DNA of 64,000 nt from assembly GCA_030372965.1 (NCBI GenBank), contig JAUCQC010000125.1, forward strand, positions 7,234 through 71,233, in the 5' to 3' direction. The notes under the pieces were generated by a model that searched no databases, was not told where the DNA came from, and saw nothing but the letters and a program-made list of their open reading frames with translations. Every line of letters starts with the position of its first letter. The first letter of the stretch is position 1. A program made the translations under genes and the position numbers. Source of the DNA: a bacterium (lineage in GTDB: Bacteria > Zhuqueibacterota > QNDG01 > DTFT01). This document shows positions 1 to 10,005 of this stretch, piece by piece.

Positions 1-1598
1 TCCGGGAGTACGACGGAGAATCGGCCCGGCGGGTCCCCGTCCACCGGAACGGCCGGAGGGATGACCGGCGCCGAATCCGAGTCGAGCCAGACGGACGCCT
101 CCGCCGAGATCGGCGCGTTTCCGGACCTGGTGAAAACACGGAACCGGATCGAAACGGATCCGTCCGACGCGTCCGTGACCGATGAAAATTCGCGGAACAC
201 CGGACCGGTCCAGAAAACCGCCTCGAAGGCGTCCGCGACGCCCCATCCGAGGAGCGTGTCCGGACTGTCGGCCTGGCTGGCCGTCCGCTTGAGCGCCTCG
301 ATCACCTCGGCCGGAGTCATGCCCGGATGCGCCTCGAGCATGAGGCCGCAGATGCCGGCCACCATGGGGCATGCGTAGGATGTGCCGTTGGACCAGCCGT
401 ATCCGCCGTCCGCCGTCGCGTGGTAGGCGCTGTTGCCGAAAGCCGACACATCGGGCTTGATTCGGCCGTCCGAAGTCGGACCGCAGGAGCTGAAATAGGC
501 GTGTGTCCGCATGCGGTTGACGGCGCCCACGGCGATGACGCTGTCTCCGTCCGCCGGAGAGGAGATATAATGCCAGGACCGGTCGAATTCGTTCCCCGCT
601 GAATTGACCACCACGACGCCCCTCGAGACAGCCATGTCGGCCGCGACCGTGGTGACGCATGTGTTGCCGTCCATGTCCGCGTAGGCGTAACCCGGTCCGG
701 ATTCCTCGTCCGGGAAACGGTCGTATCCCAGCGAGCTGGATACGATGTCCACGCCCACGGTGTCGACCAGCCATTCAATGCCGGCCACCCATTTGTCCTC
801 TTCCAGTTTCTTCTCGAAGGGGATCCATTCCGTCTTGGCCAGCGCGAAAGCGGCTCCGTAAGCCGGCCCGATCAGTTCGCCGGGGTCGTATCCGCCGATC
901 ACCGACAGGGTTCCTGTGCCGTGGCTTCCCTGCCGGGGATCGTCCCCGGCTTCCGGGGCCGTATTGTCATTGCCGTCGTAAAAATCGCGCTCGGCCGCGA
1001 CCTGCAGCCGCTTGAAGGCCGGATGCCCGCGGTATTGGAATCCATCGTCCAGCATGCCGATGATCACGCCCTTGCCGGAGAGGCCCATGTCGTGAAGTTC
1101 CGGCACGCGGACCATCTCGGCCTGATCGAATCCCTGTCCGTAATCCATCGCCGCGGAGAAAGACCGGGCCAGCCGGGTCGCGGGCGGCTTGCCTTCCGGA
1201 CGGGGCTCCCGGCCGCAGACGGCAACCGGCTGGACGCGGAGCACGAAGCGCATGCGCCGGATCCGTTGGATCTGGCCGGCATCGGCCAGCACGCTCACCG
1301 CGTTGAGCCAGCGGGAACGCGTCCGGATCACGGCGCCGGTACCGGCCACAGCCTCCAGGTATTCCGGAGCCAGGGGAAGATCCGAAGCGTCCGTCAGGCG
1401 ACGCGCGGGCCGGACCGCCCGCCTTCTGGCCAGAACGCGTTCCGGAAGCCTTATCGTCTCCCGGTCCGCCCGGGAGAGGACCGTTCCTCTGTCACTGAAA
1501 AAAATCCACCGGTGCATGCGCGCGTCTTCGGCGCTCCAGGACATGACCGGCCACGCGAACGCGATCATCAGCCGGATGACCCTTCCGGATATGCGCAT
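1..1598 (-). CDS. S8 family subtilisin-like serine peptidase, 3' end (C-terminus) outside window
   Basis: Translating the minus strand by hand from ATG at 1598 gives a signal peptide (MRISGRVIRLMIAFAWPVMSWSA) and the catalytic triad motifs IIGMLDDGF (Asp), SHGTGT (His) and GTSYACPMVAGICGLMLEAHPGMTPAEV (Ser, read at approx 300-390). The frame is open to position 1, so the gene runs off the window, which is why it is absent from the ORF track. Confidence 0.8.
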   Translation of the reverse strand, partial: MRISGRVIRLMIAFAWPVMSWSAEDARMHRWIFFSDRGTVLSRADRETIRLPERVLARRRAVRPARRLTDASDLPLAPEYLEAVAGTGAVIRTRSRWLNAVSVLADAGQIQRIRRMRFVLRVQPVAVCGREPRPEGKPPATRLARSFSAAMDYGQGFDQAEMVRVPELHDMGLSGKGVIIGMLDDGFQYRGHPAFKRLQVAAERDFYDGNDNTAPEAGDDPRQGSHGTGTLSVIGGYDPGELIGPAYGAAFALAKTEWIPFEKKLEEDKWVAGIEWLVDTVGVDIVSSSLGYDRFPDEESGPGYAYADMDGNTCVTTVAADMAVSRGVVVVNSAGNEFDRSWHYISSPADGDSVIAVGAVNRMRTHAYFSSCGPTSDGRIKPDVSAFGNSAYHATADGGYGWSNGTSYACPMVAGICGLMLEAHPGMTPAEVIEALKRTASQADSPDTLLGWGVADAFEAVFWTGPVFREFSSVTDASDGSVSIRFRVFTRSGNAPISAEASVWLDSDSAPVIPPAVPVDGDPPGRFSVVLP

Positions 1599-1766
1599 GT
1601 GACTCGACTCCCCGTTAAGACAACCATCCGTTCCGTGATTCCGTTCAGCCGTTGCCCGCTTCAGCCGAGTCTTCGCGACACGGTTTTTCAGGAAAGTCCG
1701 GCCTCGGCGAACGGGATCCTGTTTTCATTTTACGACAAATCATCCAGGAAATCAAACGCTTTGTTG

Positions 1767-1795
1767 TTGACAAGCGCGCCGGGTTCCGTTATATT
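1767..1795 (+). promoter_or_regulatory. sigma70-type promoter (TTGACA-17nt-TATATT) upstream of the GT2 gene
   Basis: TTGACA at 1767-1772, a 17-nt spacer, TATATT at 1790-1795. GGGAG RBS and ATG 1821 lie about 25 nt downstream. Confidence 0.5.
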
Positions 1796-1820
1796 GAAAA
1801 CGTCCTGCCACGGGAGCCTC

Positions 1821-2948
1821 ATGAACGGACCGCCGTTTTTCGGATGGATCGCACTCTTGCTGCTGCTTCTCTATTACGCGGTACTGCTCATTCATTTCAC
1901 CCGGGGATTCGGACGGCTCCGACGGCCGGAACGGCCGATTCCTCAACCGACGGTGAGCGTCATCGTCCCGGCCCGCAACGAGATCCGCTGCCTGCCTCGG
2001 CTTCTCCGCTGCCTGGAGCGGCAGGATTACCCGGGCCGCCTGACCCAGATCATTCTCGTGGACGACCGGTCAACGGACGGCACGCACAGGCTCATGACCC
2101 GTTTCGCGGCGGGCCGACGCAACGTTCGGGTTCTGCGGATCCGGCGATCCGACGGACCGATTTCCCCCAAGAAGGCCGCCTTGACCCGCGGAATCGCGTC
2201 CGCTTCCGGCCGCATCATTATCACGACCGACGCGGACACCCTTCCCGGCCCCTCCTGGATCCGTGAAATCGTGCGCTGGTACGACCGTTCCACGGCCGCG
2301 GTGATCGGCTACGCGCCTTACCGGACCGATCCTCCGTATGACGGATTCTTTCACCGCCTCCTCGCGCTGGAATACCTGGCCATGGGCGCGGTCGCCGCTT
2401 CCACGGCCGGCATGGGCTCTCCCTCCACGTGCAACGGGGCCAATTTCTCCTTCCGCAGGGATGTCTTCCGGAAGCTGGACGGGTACGGCAGGACAGGACG
2501 CTGGCTTTCGGGGGACGACGATCTCTTCATGCAGCGGATCGTTCAGGAGACGGGGATGTCCGTCCGTTTCGCCGCGGATGCCGCGGCCGCGGTATACACG
2601 GATCCGCCCGCCGGCTTCCATGATTTCGTGCGTCAGCGCATCCGGTTCAGCTCCAAACATCTGGCGTATCCGGCGGGCATGATCGCCGTCCTGTCGGGTG
2701 TCTGGCTCTTTCACGCGTTCCTTCTCGCGGCGACTCTCGCCGCAGCCTTCGACCCCCGCTGGGTTCCGTGTCTCACGGCGGTCTGGTCCGTGAAAGTGAT
2801 TTTGGAAGTCCGCTTCATCCGCGCGGGAAGCGCGATACTGGACCCTCGAAAGCTTCTCCGGTATTACCCGGTCATGATGCCATTACATCTTCTCTACGTG
2901 GTCTTGTTCCCGATCCTCGGACAGGTCCTCAAGCCGAAATGGAAGTGA
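1821..2948 (+). CDS. Membrane-integral family 2 glycosyltransferase (processive GT2-like)
   Basis: True start is ATG 1821 (MNGPPFFGWIALLLLLLYYAVLL, N-terminal TM). It carries the VSVIVPARNE motif, DxD-like TDAD, a QRIRF (QxxRW-like) motif and C-terminal TM helices. The long ORF 921..2948 in the track is an upstream run-on. Confidence 0.85.
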   Translation: MNGPPFFGWIALLLLLLYYAVLLIHFTRGFGRLRRPERPIPQPTVSVIVPARNEIRCLPRLLRCLERQDYPGRLTQIILVDDRSTDGTHRLMTRFAAGRRNVRVLRIRRSDGPISPKKAALTRGIASASGRIIITTDADTLPGPSWIREIVRWYDRSTAAVIGYAPYRTDPPYDGFFHRLLALEYLAMGAVAASTAGMGSPSTCNGANFSFRRDVFRKLDGYGRTGRWLSGDDDLFMQRIVQETGMSVRFAADAAAAVYTDPPAGFHDFVRQRIRFSSKHLAYPAGMIAVLSGVWLFHAFLLAATLAAAFDPRWVPCLTAVWSVKVILEVRFIRAGSAILDPRKLLRYYPVMMPLHLLYVVLFPILGQVLKPKWK

Positions 2949-3310
2949 TCGCGATTCCACCCCTCCATTCCCGCATTTCCCCCTGTTTCACATCCCTGGC
3001 ATTCGGTTTGCATTTTTAAAAACCTCCATCGCCGCAAATCTTGATCGAAAACGGATTTTCGACGATCCGAATATATCAAGGATTTAGTATTCGCGTTGGA
3101 TCATACACAAAGCTGAGATTTTTCGCATTCATCCGATAAAGAATTCGGTGCCGCATTTCAAATCGCACAAGAACAATGCAATAAGGAGCATCCGCAACGG
3201 AATCCACGATTCGACAATATCGCGCATGGACGGTTCCGTCCGCCTTTTTTCCGCGAAGCCTCTTCGCGGCCGGACCGTTTTCCCGGCCTGCGCTTCGGGC
3301 CCGGTTCCAT

Positions 3311-6300
3311 GTTCGCGAGGCCCTTTTCGCGATCATCCTCCTCGCGTTCCGCCAAACCGCGGCCCAGTCGCCGTTTTTCCAATTCGAGCATATCGGGACC
3401 CAGGAAGGCCTTTCAATGGCCAATGTCATGGCCATCGCCGAGGACGGGCACGGGTTCATGTGGTTCGGAACCGAGGACGGGCTGAACCGCTTCGACGGAT
3501 ACGCATTCACCGTTTATCGTTCATCCGCCGATGACTCCACCACCGTCAGCAACAACTATGTCAGCGTTCTTCTGACCGACCGGAAGAAGCGGCTCTGGGC
3601 CGGAACGAGGGACGGGTTGTGCCGGTACGTTCCGGACCTGGACGCGTTCATCCGCACCCCCGCCGGCTTGAACCATCCGTCCCGCACCAACAACCGGGAT
3701 ATCAAGGCTCTTTTCGAGGACTCCCGGGGCCGGATTTGGGTCATCGGCGAGATGGGAGCCGACTGCCTCTCGCCGGAGGACGGAACCATCCGTCACTATG
3801 TCAACGATCCGGGCGATCCGACCAGCCTCAGCTACAATACCGCGTACACCGCCGCTGAAACCCGGGACGGTTCCATCTGGATCGGCACCGAAAAGGGACT
3901 GAACCGTCTGGATCCGGAAACGGGCCGGTGTGAACGGTTGACCCGTTCGAACGGATTGAGTTCCGATTACATCCGCACGCTGCAACCGGACAGCGGGGAC
4001 GGCCTCTGGATCGGAACCTACGGCGGCGGCCTGGATCATCTGGACATCCGGTCCCGGCGCGTCGTCCATTTCCCCGCGGGTCCGGAGGGAACGCGGTCCC
4101 TCAGCAACGACCAGGTCAACAGCATTGCCTATCACTGGGACGGGAACCTCTGGGTCGGGACAAATGAAGGCCTGAATTTCATACGCATCGACCGGAACCA
4201 GCTGGGACGTTCCGCGGTTTTCCGTTACCTTCAGGATCCCGATACCCCAGGCTCCCTGTCCGCAAGCCATGTCCAGCAGGTGCGGTGCGACAGCAATCGT
4301 GTCTGGCTGGCCACCCGGTTCGGCGGCATCAGCCGGATCGACCGGTTCGGCAGCAAGTTCCGCCGGTTCACAAAAACCGCGGTCCGGGGGCGGGGAATCA
4401 GCCACCCGAATGTCAGCTGTTTCGCGGAGGACGATCAGGGACGCGTCTACATCGGAAGCGACGGAGGGGGAGTCAGCATACTCGACCCCCGGACCGGCCG
4501 CTTCGATTACCTTCAGCAGGGTGCCGGCGGACTGTCCTCCAACAAGGTGCTGGCCCTCCTGTTCGATCCCCCGAACACGCTTTGGATCGGCATGTGGGGC
4601 GGCGGCGTCGACCGGTACCGGATGGACACGCGGACCCTGCGGCATTACCGGAGCCGGCCCGCGGGTTCCCGGTCCCTCTCGAGCGACAATGTCTTTTCAC
4701 TCCTGCGGGACGGCCGCGGAAGGATCTGGGTGGGCACCTGGAGCGGTGGGTTGAACCGGTACGATCCGTCGATCGACGGTTTCATCCGGTATCCGCACAA
4801 CGTGACGGACGGAACCGGCATCAGCGGCCAGACCGTGATGCGGATGCGTGAGACGCGCGACGGCGCGATCTGGATCGCGACGGAAGGTCACGGATTGAAC
4901 CGGATGGACCCCCGGACCGGCCGGTTTGAGTATTTCCGGCACGACCCGAAAGACACGGCGTCCCTGAGCGGGGATTACGTCTACGCAGTGCATGAGGACC
5001 GGCTGAAACGGATCTGGGTGACCACGACCAACGGCTTGTGCTGTCTGCCCGCGACGGGCGGCCGCTTCATCCGGTTTCACATGAAGCACGGTCTTCCAAC
5101 CGAGATCCTGTACGGCATCCTGGAGGACGACCGCGGCGACCTGTGGGTCAGTTCCATCAAGGGGATCAGCCGCGTCGCGGTCGGCGGCACGGCGGACCGG
5201 CCGACGATTCAATGCACCAATTACACCCCCCGCGACGGCCTGCAGGGGGAACAGTTCGGTCAGTGGGCCTATTTCAAGGACCGGTCCGGATCCATGTATT
5301 TCGGCGGCGTGAACGGGTTCAACCGGTTCCATCCTCGCGACATCCTGACCAACCCGGTGCCCCCGGCCGTCCTGATCAGCGATTTCCAGCTCTCGTTCAG
5401 GTCGTGTTCCTTCCGCGATCCCTCCTCCCCTCTCCGGAAGCCCGCCTATCTCACCGAGGCGGTCCGGGTCAGCTACCGGGAGTCCACCCTGACATTCGGT
5501 TTCGTCGGCGTCAGCTTCACGCGCCCGGAGGACAACCGGTACGCCTACAAACTGGAGAATTTCGACCGCGAATGGCTTCAGGTGGGCACCGACCGGAGGG
5601 CGACTTACACCAATCTGAACCCGGGACGGTACATCTTCCGCGTCAGGGCCTGCAACAATGACGGCGTCTGGAACGAGACAGGCGCCTCCATGCGCCTGAC
5701 AATCACGCCGCCGTTCTGGAAACGGATCTGGTTCATCCTGCTGATGGCGATTTCGGCGGGAGCCGGCGCGTCGGCCCTCTACAAATGGCGGATCCGGTCC
5801 ATGGAGGTCCATCGCGCGCGTCTCGAGAACGAAATTTCCCAGCGGACGGCTGAGCTCCAGGCGAAGACGGCGGAGATCGAAGCGTCCTACGAGCGGCTTT
5901 CCGAAACGGGTCGGACGCTCGCCTCGCTTTCGGACCAGGTGAACCGGGCGACGGCCCGGATCAACGACACGATGAATCAGGTCAGCCAGGGCGCCGAATC
6001 CCAGAACGAAACCGTGGCCCGCGCGCGAGGCCTCCTGTCGGGTCTCCTGTCCTCCATTGCCGCCGTCACCAGCCAGACCCGCATCAGTTCCCGTTCCGCG
6101 GCGGAAACCGTCACCGCGGTCCGGACGGGAACGGCTTCCATGTCGACCGTGCTGGACGCGATGCAGACCATCGAAAAGAATGTCGCGGACACCTGGACGC
6201 TGATGAAGGAGCTGATCTCCCACTCGGAGCGGATCGACAGCGTCGTTCAATTCGTGGATGACATCGCGTCCCGGATCAATGTGCTCGCCTTGAACGCCCT

Positions 6301-6751
6301 GATCGAGGCCGTGCGGGCCGGCGAGCACGGCCGGGGGTTCATGGTCGTCGCCCAGGAAATCAGGGATCTTTCACGGCGGACGGCGGATTCCATACAGGAA
6401 GTGACGGACACGATCCTGAAAATTCAGAGCGACGTGAAGTCGATCGAGGCAATCACCCGCGCCAGCATCGAGCGCGTGAAGGATTCAGCCCGCGTCACCG
6501 ACGAGGGACGTGCCGTGCTCGACCGGATCTGCCAGTCCGTCGAGGACGAGAAGAAGCGCATCGCTTCGATCGCCGAACGGGTCAACGAAATGCAGAATGC
6601 CTCCTACGAAGTGCAGAAGGCCATCGAAAGCGTGGAGTCCGTGAGCGGTCGGAATCTGGAGAATGTGGGACAGGTGAAGGAACGGACCGAGGAAGTCAGC
6701 CTGCGGATTCAGGAACTGGCCTCCCTGGCGCAGACCCTGGCGAGCCGCTGA
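3311..6751 (+). CDS. Chemoreceptor with a periplasmic double beta-propeller (Reg_prop repeats) + Y_Y_Y sensor, one TM and a C-terminal MCP signalling domain; start codon unresolved
   Basis: About 14 Reg_prop-like repeats (FEHIGTQEGLS..., WFGTEDGLNRFDG, WIGTEKGLNRLD etc) precede a Y_Y_Y-like block (RYAYKLENFDREWLQVGTDRRATYTNLNPGRYIFRVRACNNDGVWNE), a TM (IWFILLMAISAGAGASALY) and an MCP signal domain (INVLALNALIEAVRAGEHGRGFMVVAQEIRDLSRRT). The frame is open from 3185. A signal peptide (VREALFAIILLAFRQTAAQ|S) is encoded upstream of the first in-frame ATG at 3416, with no ATG/GTG/TTG in between. ATG 3309 is out of frame by 1 nt. Confidence 0.8.
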   Translation, partial: VREALFAIILLAFRQTAAQSPFFQFEHIGTQEGLSMANVMAIAEDGHGFMWFGTEDGLNRFDGYAFTVYRSSADDSTTVSNNYVSVLLTDRKKRLWAGTRDGLCRYVPDLDAFIRTPAGLNHPSRTNNRDIKALFEDSRGRIWVIGEMGADCLSPEDGTIRHYVNDPGDPTSLSYNTAYTAAETRDGSIWIGTEKGLNRLDPETGRCERLTRSNGLSSDYIRTLQPDSGDGLWIGTYGGGLDHLDIRSRRVVHFPAGPEGTRSLSNDQVNSIAYHWDGNLWVGTNEGLNFIRIDRNQLGRSAVFRYLQDPDTPGSLSASHVQQVRCDSNRVWLATRFGGISRIDRFGSKFRRFTKTAVRGRGISHPNVSCFAEDDQGRVYIGSDGGGVSILDPRTGRFDYLQQGAGGLSSNKVLALLFDPPNTLWIGMWGGGVDRYRMDTRTLRHYRSRPAGSRSLSSDNVFSLLRDGRGRIWVGTWSGGLNRYDPSIDGFIRYPHNVTDGTGISGQTVMRMRETRDGAIWIATEGHGLNRMDPRTGRFEYFRHDPKDTASLSGDYVYAVHEDRLKRIWVTTTNGLCCLPATGGRFIRFHMKHGLPTEILYGILEDDRGDLWVSSIKGISRVAVGGTADRPTIQCTNYTPRDGLQGEQFGQWAYFKDRSGSMYFGGVNGFNRFHPRDILTNPVPPAVLISDFQLSFRSCSFRDPSSPLRKPAYLTEAVRVSYRESTLTFGFVGVSFTRPEDNRYAYKLENFDREWLQVGTDRRATYTNLNPGRYIFRVRACNNDGVWNETGASMRLTITPPFWKRIWFILLMAISAGAGASALYKWRIRSMEVHRARLENEISQRTAELQAKTAEIEASYERLSETGRTLASLSDQVNRATARINDTMNQVSQGAESQNETVARARGLLSGLLSSIAAVTSQTRISSRSAAETVTAVRTGTASMSTVLDAMQTIEKNVADTWTLMKELISHSERIDSVVQFVDDIASRINVLALNALIEAVRAGEHGRGFMVVAQEIRDLSRRTADSIQEVTDTILKIQSDVKSIEAITRASIERVKDSARVTDEGRAVLDRICQSVEDEKKRIASIAERVNEMQNASYEVQKAIESVESVSGRNLENVGQVKERTEEVSLRIQELASLAQTLASR

Positions 6752-6884
6752 GAACCGGGCGTCCGGGTCCGCTTCCGAGTCGTTTCAAAACACAAGAGCC
6801 GGAAAGCGGGATCCCCCGCCTTCCGGCTCTTTCGTCTGTGCGCGGCGCTGTCCCGCCTCCGGGCCTGATGACCCGGAGGATCCG

Positions 6885-8909
6885 CTACCGGCCGCCTGTT
6901 TTCCTGAGACCCTTCAGCCAGGCCGCCACTTTCTGCGCCATCGCGTTCCCGTTGAAGCCGAACTTGTCGGCCAGAACCTCAGCCGGCGCGGAGGCGCCGA
7001 AACGGTTCATCCCGACGAACAGCAGGGGCGAGTCGGTGATGTCCCGCCATCCCATGCCGATTCCCGCTTCGACGACGGCCACCGGCGTTCCGTCCTCCGG
7101 CAGAACCGATTCACGATACGGCTGGAGCTGCTTCTGGAAGACGGAACAGCAGGGCATTGAGACAACCCGGGCGTCCACGCCCGATTCCGCCAGCCGGGTT
7201 CCGCAATCCAGGGCCACGGACACCTCGGAACCGGTGCCGATCAGGATCACATCCGGCCGCTTCCCCTTCTCCTTCACCAGGACATAACCGCCCTTCTGAA
7301 CGTCCGACATCTCCGCGGTCCGGATCGCCGTCAGCTCCGGGACATTCTGCCGGGTGAGGCAGATGGCCGTGGGTCCGTCCTGCTTTCGGATGGCGTACGC
7401 GTAGGCCATTGCGGTTTCGAATCCGTCCGCGGGCCGGAAAACCGTGAGCCCGGGAATGGAGCGGAGCGCCGCGACATGCTCGATCGGCTGATGCGTGGGC
7501 CCGTCCTCGCCGACGAATATGCTGTCGTGCGTGAAGATGTAAACCACCTGAATGCCCATGATGGCGGCGAGGCGTATCGACGGCCGCATGTAGTCGGAGA
7601 ACACGAGGAACGTGGATCCGTACGGGATGAAGCCGCCGTACAGGGCCATGCCGTTGAGAATGCCGCCCATGGCGTGCTCCCGGATGCCGAAATGAATGTT
7701 GCGGCCTTCGAATCGGCCCGCGGAAACGGAAGCGGAGCCGTCGATTCCGGTCTTGGTCGAGGGAGTCAGGTCCGCGGATCCGCCGACCCAGCCCGGCATG
7801 GCTTCCGCGGCCTTCTGGATCACCTTGTATCCGTGAATCCGGGTCGCGGCGGTCTTGCCGGTCAGCCCGGAAACCAGTATCTGCTCCAGGTCTTTCGGGA
7901 TCCGGCGGTCCGCCATGTCCTTCCAAAGACGGGCCAGGTCCGGAAACCGGGTCTGCCACTCGCGGAAGCGGGCCTGCCAGGCGTCGTATTCGGGCTTGAG
8001 CGAGCGGACCCGGGCCTCGAAGAGGTCCCGAACGGGCCGGGGAACGAAGAAGGGCGTCTCCGATTCCCATCCGATATTCCGGCGCGTGGCCGCCACCTCG
8101 TCCGGTCCGAGCGGCGCGCCGTGCACCTCGGACGTGTCCTGCTTTCCGGGACTGCCGAATCCGATGTGGGTCCGCGCGAGGATCAGCGAGGGCCTGCCGG
8201 TTTCGGCGATCCCCGCCGCGATGGCCGATTCGATCGCCGCGCGGTCGTGACCGTCCGTCTTCACCGTGTGCCAGCCGAGCGCCTCGAAACGGGCGGCCAC
8301 ATTTTCCGAGAAAGCCAGGTCCGTCCGGCCCTCGATGGTGATGTGATTGTCGTCGTAGAGATACACCAGGTTCCCCAGCCGGAGATGGCCCGCCACCGAG
8401 GCCGCCTCGGAGGAAATCCCTTCCATCAGGTCGCCGTCGCTGACCACGGCGAAGACGCGGTGACCGACGGGCTCGAATCCTTCCCGGTTGAAACGGGCGG
8501 CGGCCATGCGCGAGGCGAGGGCCATCCCCACTCCGTTCGCGAATCCCTGACCCAGCGGACCGGTGGAGGTTTCCACTCCGGGCAGGCATCCGTATTCGGG
8601 ATGTCCGGGCGTCCGGCTCTCCCACTGCCTGAACTGCGCGAGATCATCGAGGGTCACCTCGTAGCCCGACAGATGGAGCATCGCGTAGAGCAGCATGGAC
8701 CCGTGCCCGGCGGAGAGGATGAAGCGGTCCCGGTCGGGCCAGTTCGGGTCCTTCGGATTGAACCGGAGAAACCGGTTCCACAGCACGAAAACGCAGTCGG
8801 CCATTCCCATGGGCATTCCGGGATGGCCCGGATTGGCTTTCTGCACGCCGTCGACGGCGAGCATCCGGATCGTATCAACGGCCAGTTGTTCAACAGAATC
8901 GGGTTTCAC
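6885..8909 (-). CDS. tkt: Transketolase
   Basis: The N-terminus [22 protein letters not shown] matches the E. coli TktA N-terminus, and the whole protein aligns as transketolase. Start chosen as GTG 8909 with GGAGGA 6 nt upstream. An alternative TTG 8936 would overlap the upstream stop as TTGA. Confidence 0.9.
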   Translation of the reverse strand: MKPDSVEQLAVDTIRMLAVDGVQKANPGHPGMPMGMADCVFVLWNRFLRFNPKDPNWPDRDRFILSAGHGSMLLYAMLHLSGYEVTLDDLAQFRQWESRTPGHPEYGCLPGVETSTGPLGQGFANGVGMALASRMAAARFNREGFEPVGHRVFAVVSDGDLMEGISSEAASVAGHLRLGNLVYLYDDNHITIEGRTDLAFSENVAARFEALGWHTVKTDGHDRAAIESAIAAGIAETGRPSLILARTHIGFGSPGKQDTSEVHGAPLGPDEVAATRRNIGWESETPFFVPRPVRDLFEARVRSLKPEYDAWQARFREWQTRFPDLARLWKDMADRRIPKDLEQILVSGLTGKTAATRIHGYKVIQKAAEAMPGWVGGSADLTPSTKTGIDGSASVSAGRFEGRNIHFGIREHAMGGILNGMALYGGFIPYGSTFLVFSDYMRPSIRLAAIMGIQVVYIFTHDSIFVGEDGPTHQPIEHVAALRSIPGLTVFRPADGFETAMAYAYAIRKQDGPTAICLTRQNVPELTAIRTAEMSDVQKGGYVLVKEKGKRPDVILIGTGSEVSVALDCGTRLAESGVDARVVSMPCCSVFQKQLQPYRESVLPEDGTPVAVVEAGIGMGWRDITDSPLLFVGMNRFGASAPAEVLADKFGFNGNAMAQKVAAWLKGLRKTGGR

Positions 8910-8932
8910 TTCCGTTCCTCCGATGATGGTTT

Positions 8933-9550
8933 TCAATGACCCGTCCGCTCCGGCGGCCGCGGCGGTTCTTCGACGCCCGTGAGTTCGGCGATCTTGACGC
9001 GGATCTGATCCGGGGGCAGGACGAAATCAACGCACCCGGTGGCCGCGGCTTCCTTGGGCATCCCGAAAATGCTGGACGACCTCTCGTCCTGAGCGAGCGT
9101 GAAGCCGCCGATACGCTTGATGTGGACGATGCCGTCCGCGCCGTCCCGGCCCATCCCGGTCATCACCACCCCCACGAACGAGGCGCCGAATTCCATGGCG
9201 AGCGAGTTCATCGTCACATCCACGGACGGGCAGACGTAATTGACCTTTTGTCCGTGCGCCAGGCGGATCGTCCGGTTGTGCCGGACCACCAGGTGCACTT
9301 CGCTCGGAGCGATGTACACGGTTCCGTCCTCCAGCCGGTCTCCGTTCTGCGCGATCACCACCCGCATCCGGGTGGCGGAAGCCAGGCTGTCGGCCAGGGA
9401 ATCGTTGATGAATTTCGGCATGTGCTGGACCACGATCACGCTGGCCTTGAGCCGGGGCATGCCCTGGAACAGTGTTTTCAGCGCGCGCGGCCCTCCGGCG
9501 GACGCGCCGATCACGACAATGGTTCTGGGCTGGATGATCCATTCGGACAT
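8933..9550 (-). CDS. CheB-type protein-glutamate methylesterase, catalytic domain only (no receiver domain)
   Basis: CheB catalytic motifs [20 protein letters not shown] and GMGRDGADG are present. It has its own ATG 9550 and an AAGGA RBS. Confidence 0.85.
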   Translation of the reverse strand: MSEWIIQPRTIVVIGASAGGPRALKTLFQGMPRLKASVIVVQHMPKFINDSLADSLASATRMRVVIAQNGDRLEDGTVYIAPSEVHLVVRHNRTIRLAHGQKVNYVCPSVDVTMNSLAMEFGASFVGVVMTGMGRDGADGIVHIKRIGGFTLAQDERSSSIFGMPKEAAATGCVDFVLPPDQIRVKIAELTGVEEPPRPPERTGH

Positions 9551-9572
9551 GGACGATCCTTCGCGGAAACGG

Positions 9573-9956
9573 TCAGGAACCGGGCGCTTTGAGATAAGAC
9601 AGGTACTCCTCGCAGACCTGAACCAGCCGTTTGGCCTCGAACGGTTTCCGAAGGTAATCCAGGACGTATTCCTTCAGATGCTCCATCTTGATGTCCGGCT
9701 CCTCCTGCCCGGTGAGCATGCAGACGAGATTGCCGTCGTACAATTTCTCGTCCACGACGGCCTGGACGGTGTCCCACCCGTCCATGCCAGGCATCACGAT
9801 GTCCATGAGGATCAGCCCGCGGAACCCCTCCCGAAGACGCTCGAGGCACTCCGTTCCGCTGGCGGCCGTCGTGACACGGCAGCCGGACGCCTCCATGATC
9901 CGCTTGACACTGTAGCGGACCATCTCCTCGTCGTCCACGATCAGTATGTCCTTCAT
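9573..9956 (-). CDS. Stand-alone response regulator receiver domain protein (CheY-like)
   Basis: MKDILIVDDEEMVR...LILMDIVMPGMDG...RKPF is a canonical REC fold of 127 aa. It ends 22 nt upstream of the methylesterase gene and is in a different frame. Confidence 0.85.
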   Translation of the reverse strand: MKDILIVDDEEMVRYSVKRIMEASGCRVTTAASGTECLERLREGFRGLILMDIVMPGMDGWDTVQAVVDEKLYDGNLVCMLTGQEEPDIKMEHLKEYVLDYLRKPFEAKRLVQVCEEYLSYLKAPGS

Positions 9957-10005
9957 TCAGCCTCCGCTCCCTTCCTGCGCCGGCGCCGGACGGGCGCCTG
10001 ATTGC

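Noticed and set aside
4697-6328. 543-aa minus-strand ORF, and similar long ORFs listed in the track (7111..8625-, 7476..8939+, 12571..13509-, 13083..14756+ N-terminal part, 14713..16746-, 16058..17830-, 16920..18053-, 18621..19709-, 22506..24089+, 25595..26821-, 37737..38984+, 39136..41004+, 42182..43084-, 49439..51529+, 58923..60245-, 59766..62471+)
   Set aside because: All lie antisense to or out of frame with genes that have clear homology. In 65% GC DNA, stop-free shadow frames are expected. Their translations are Arg/Pro/Gly-rich low-complexity sequence with no recognisable domains.
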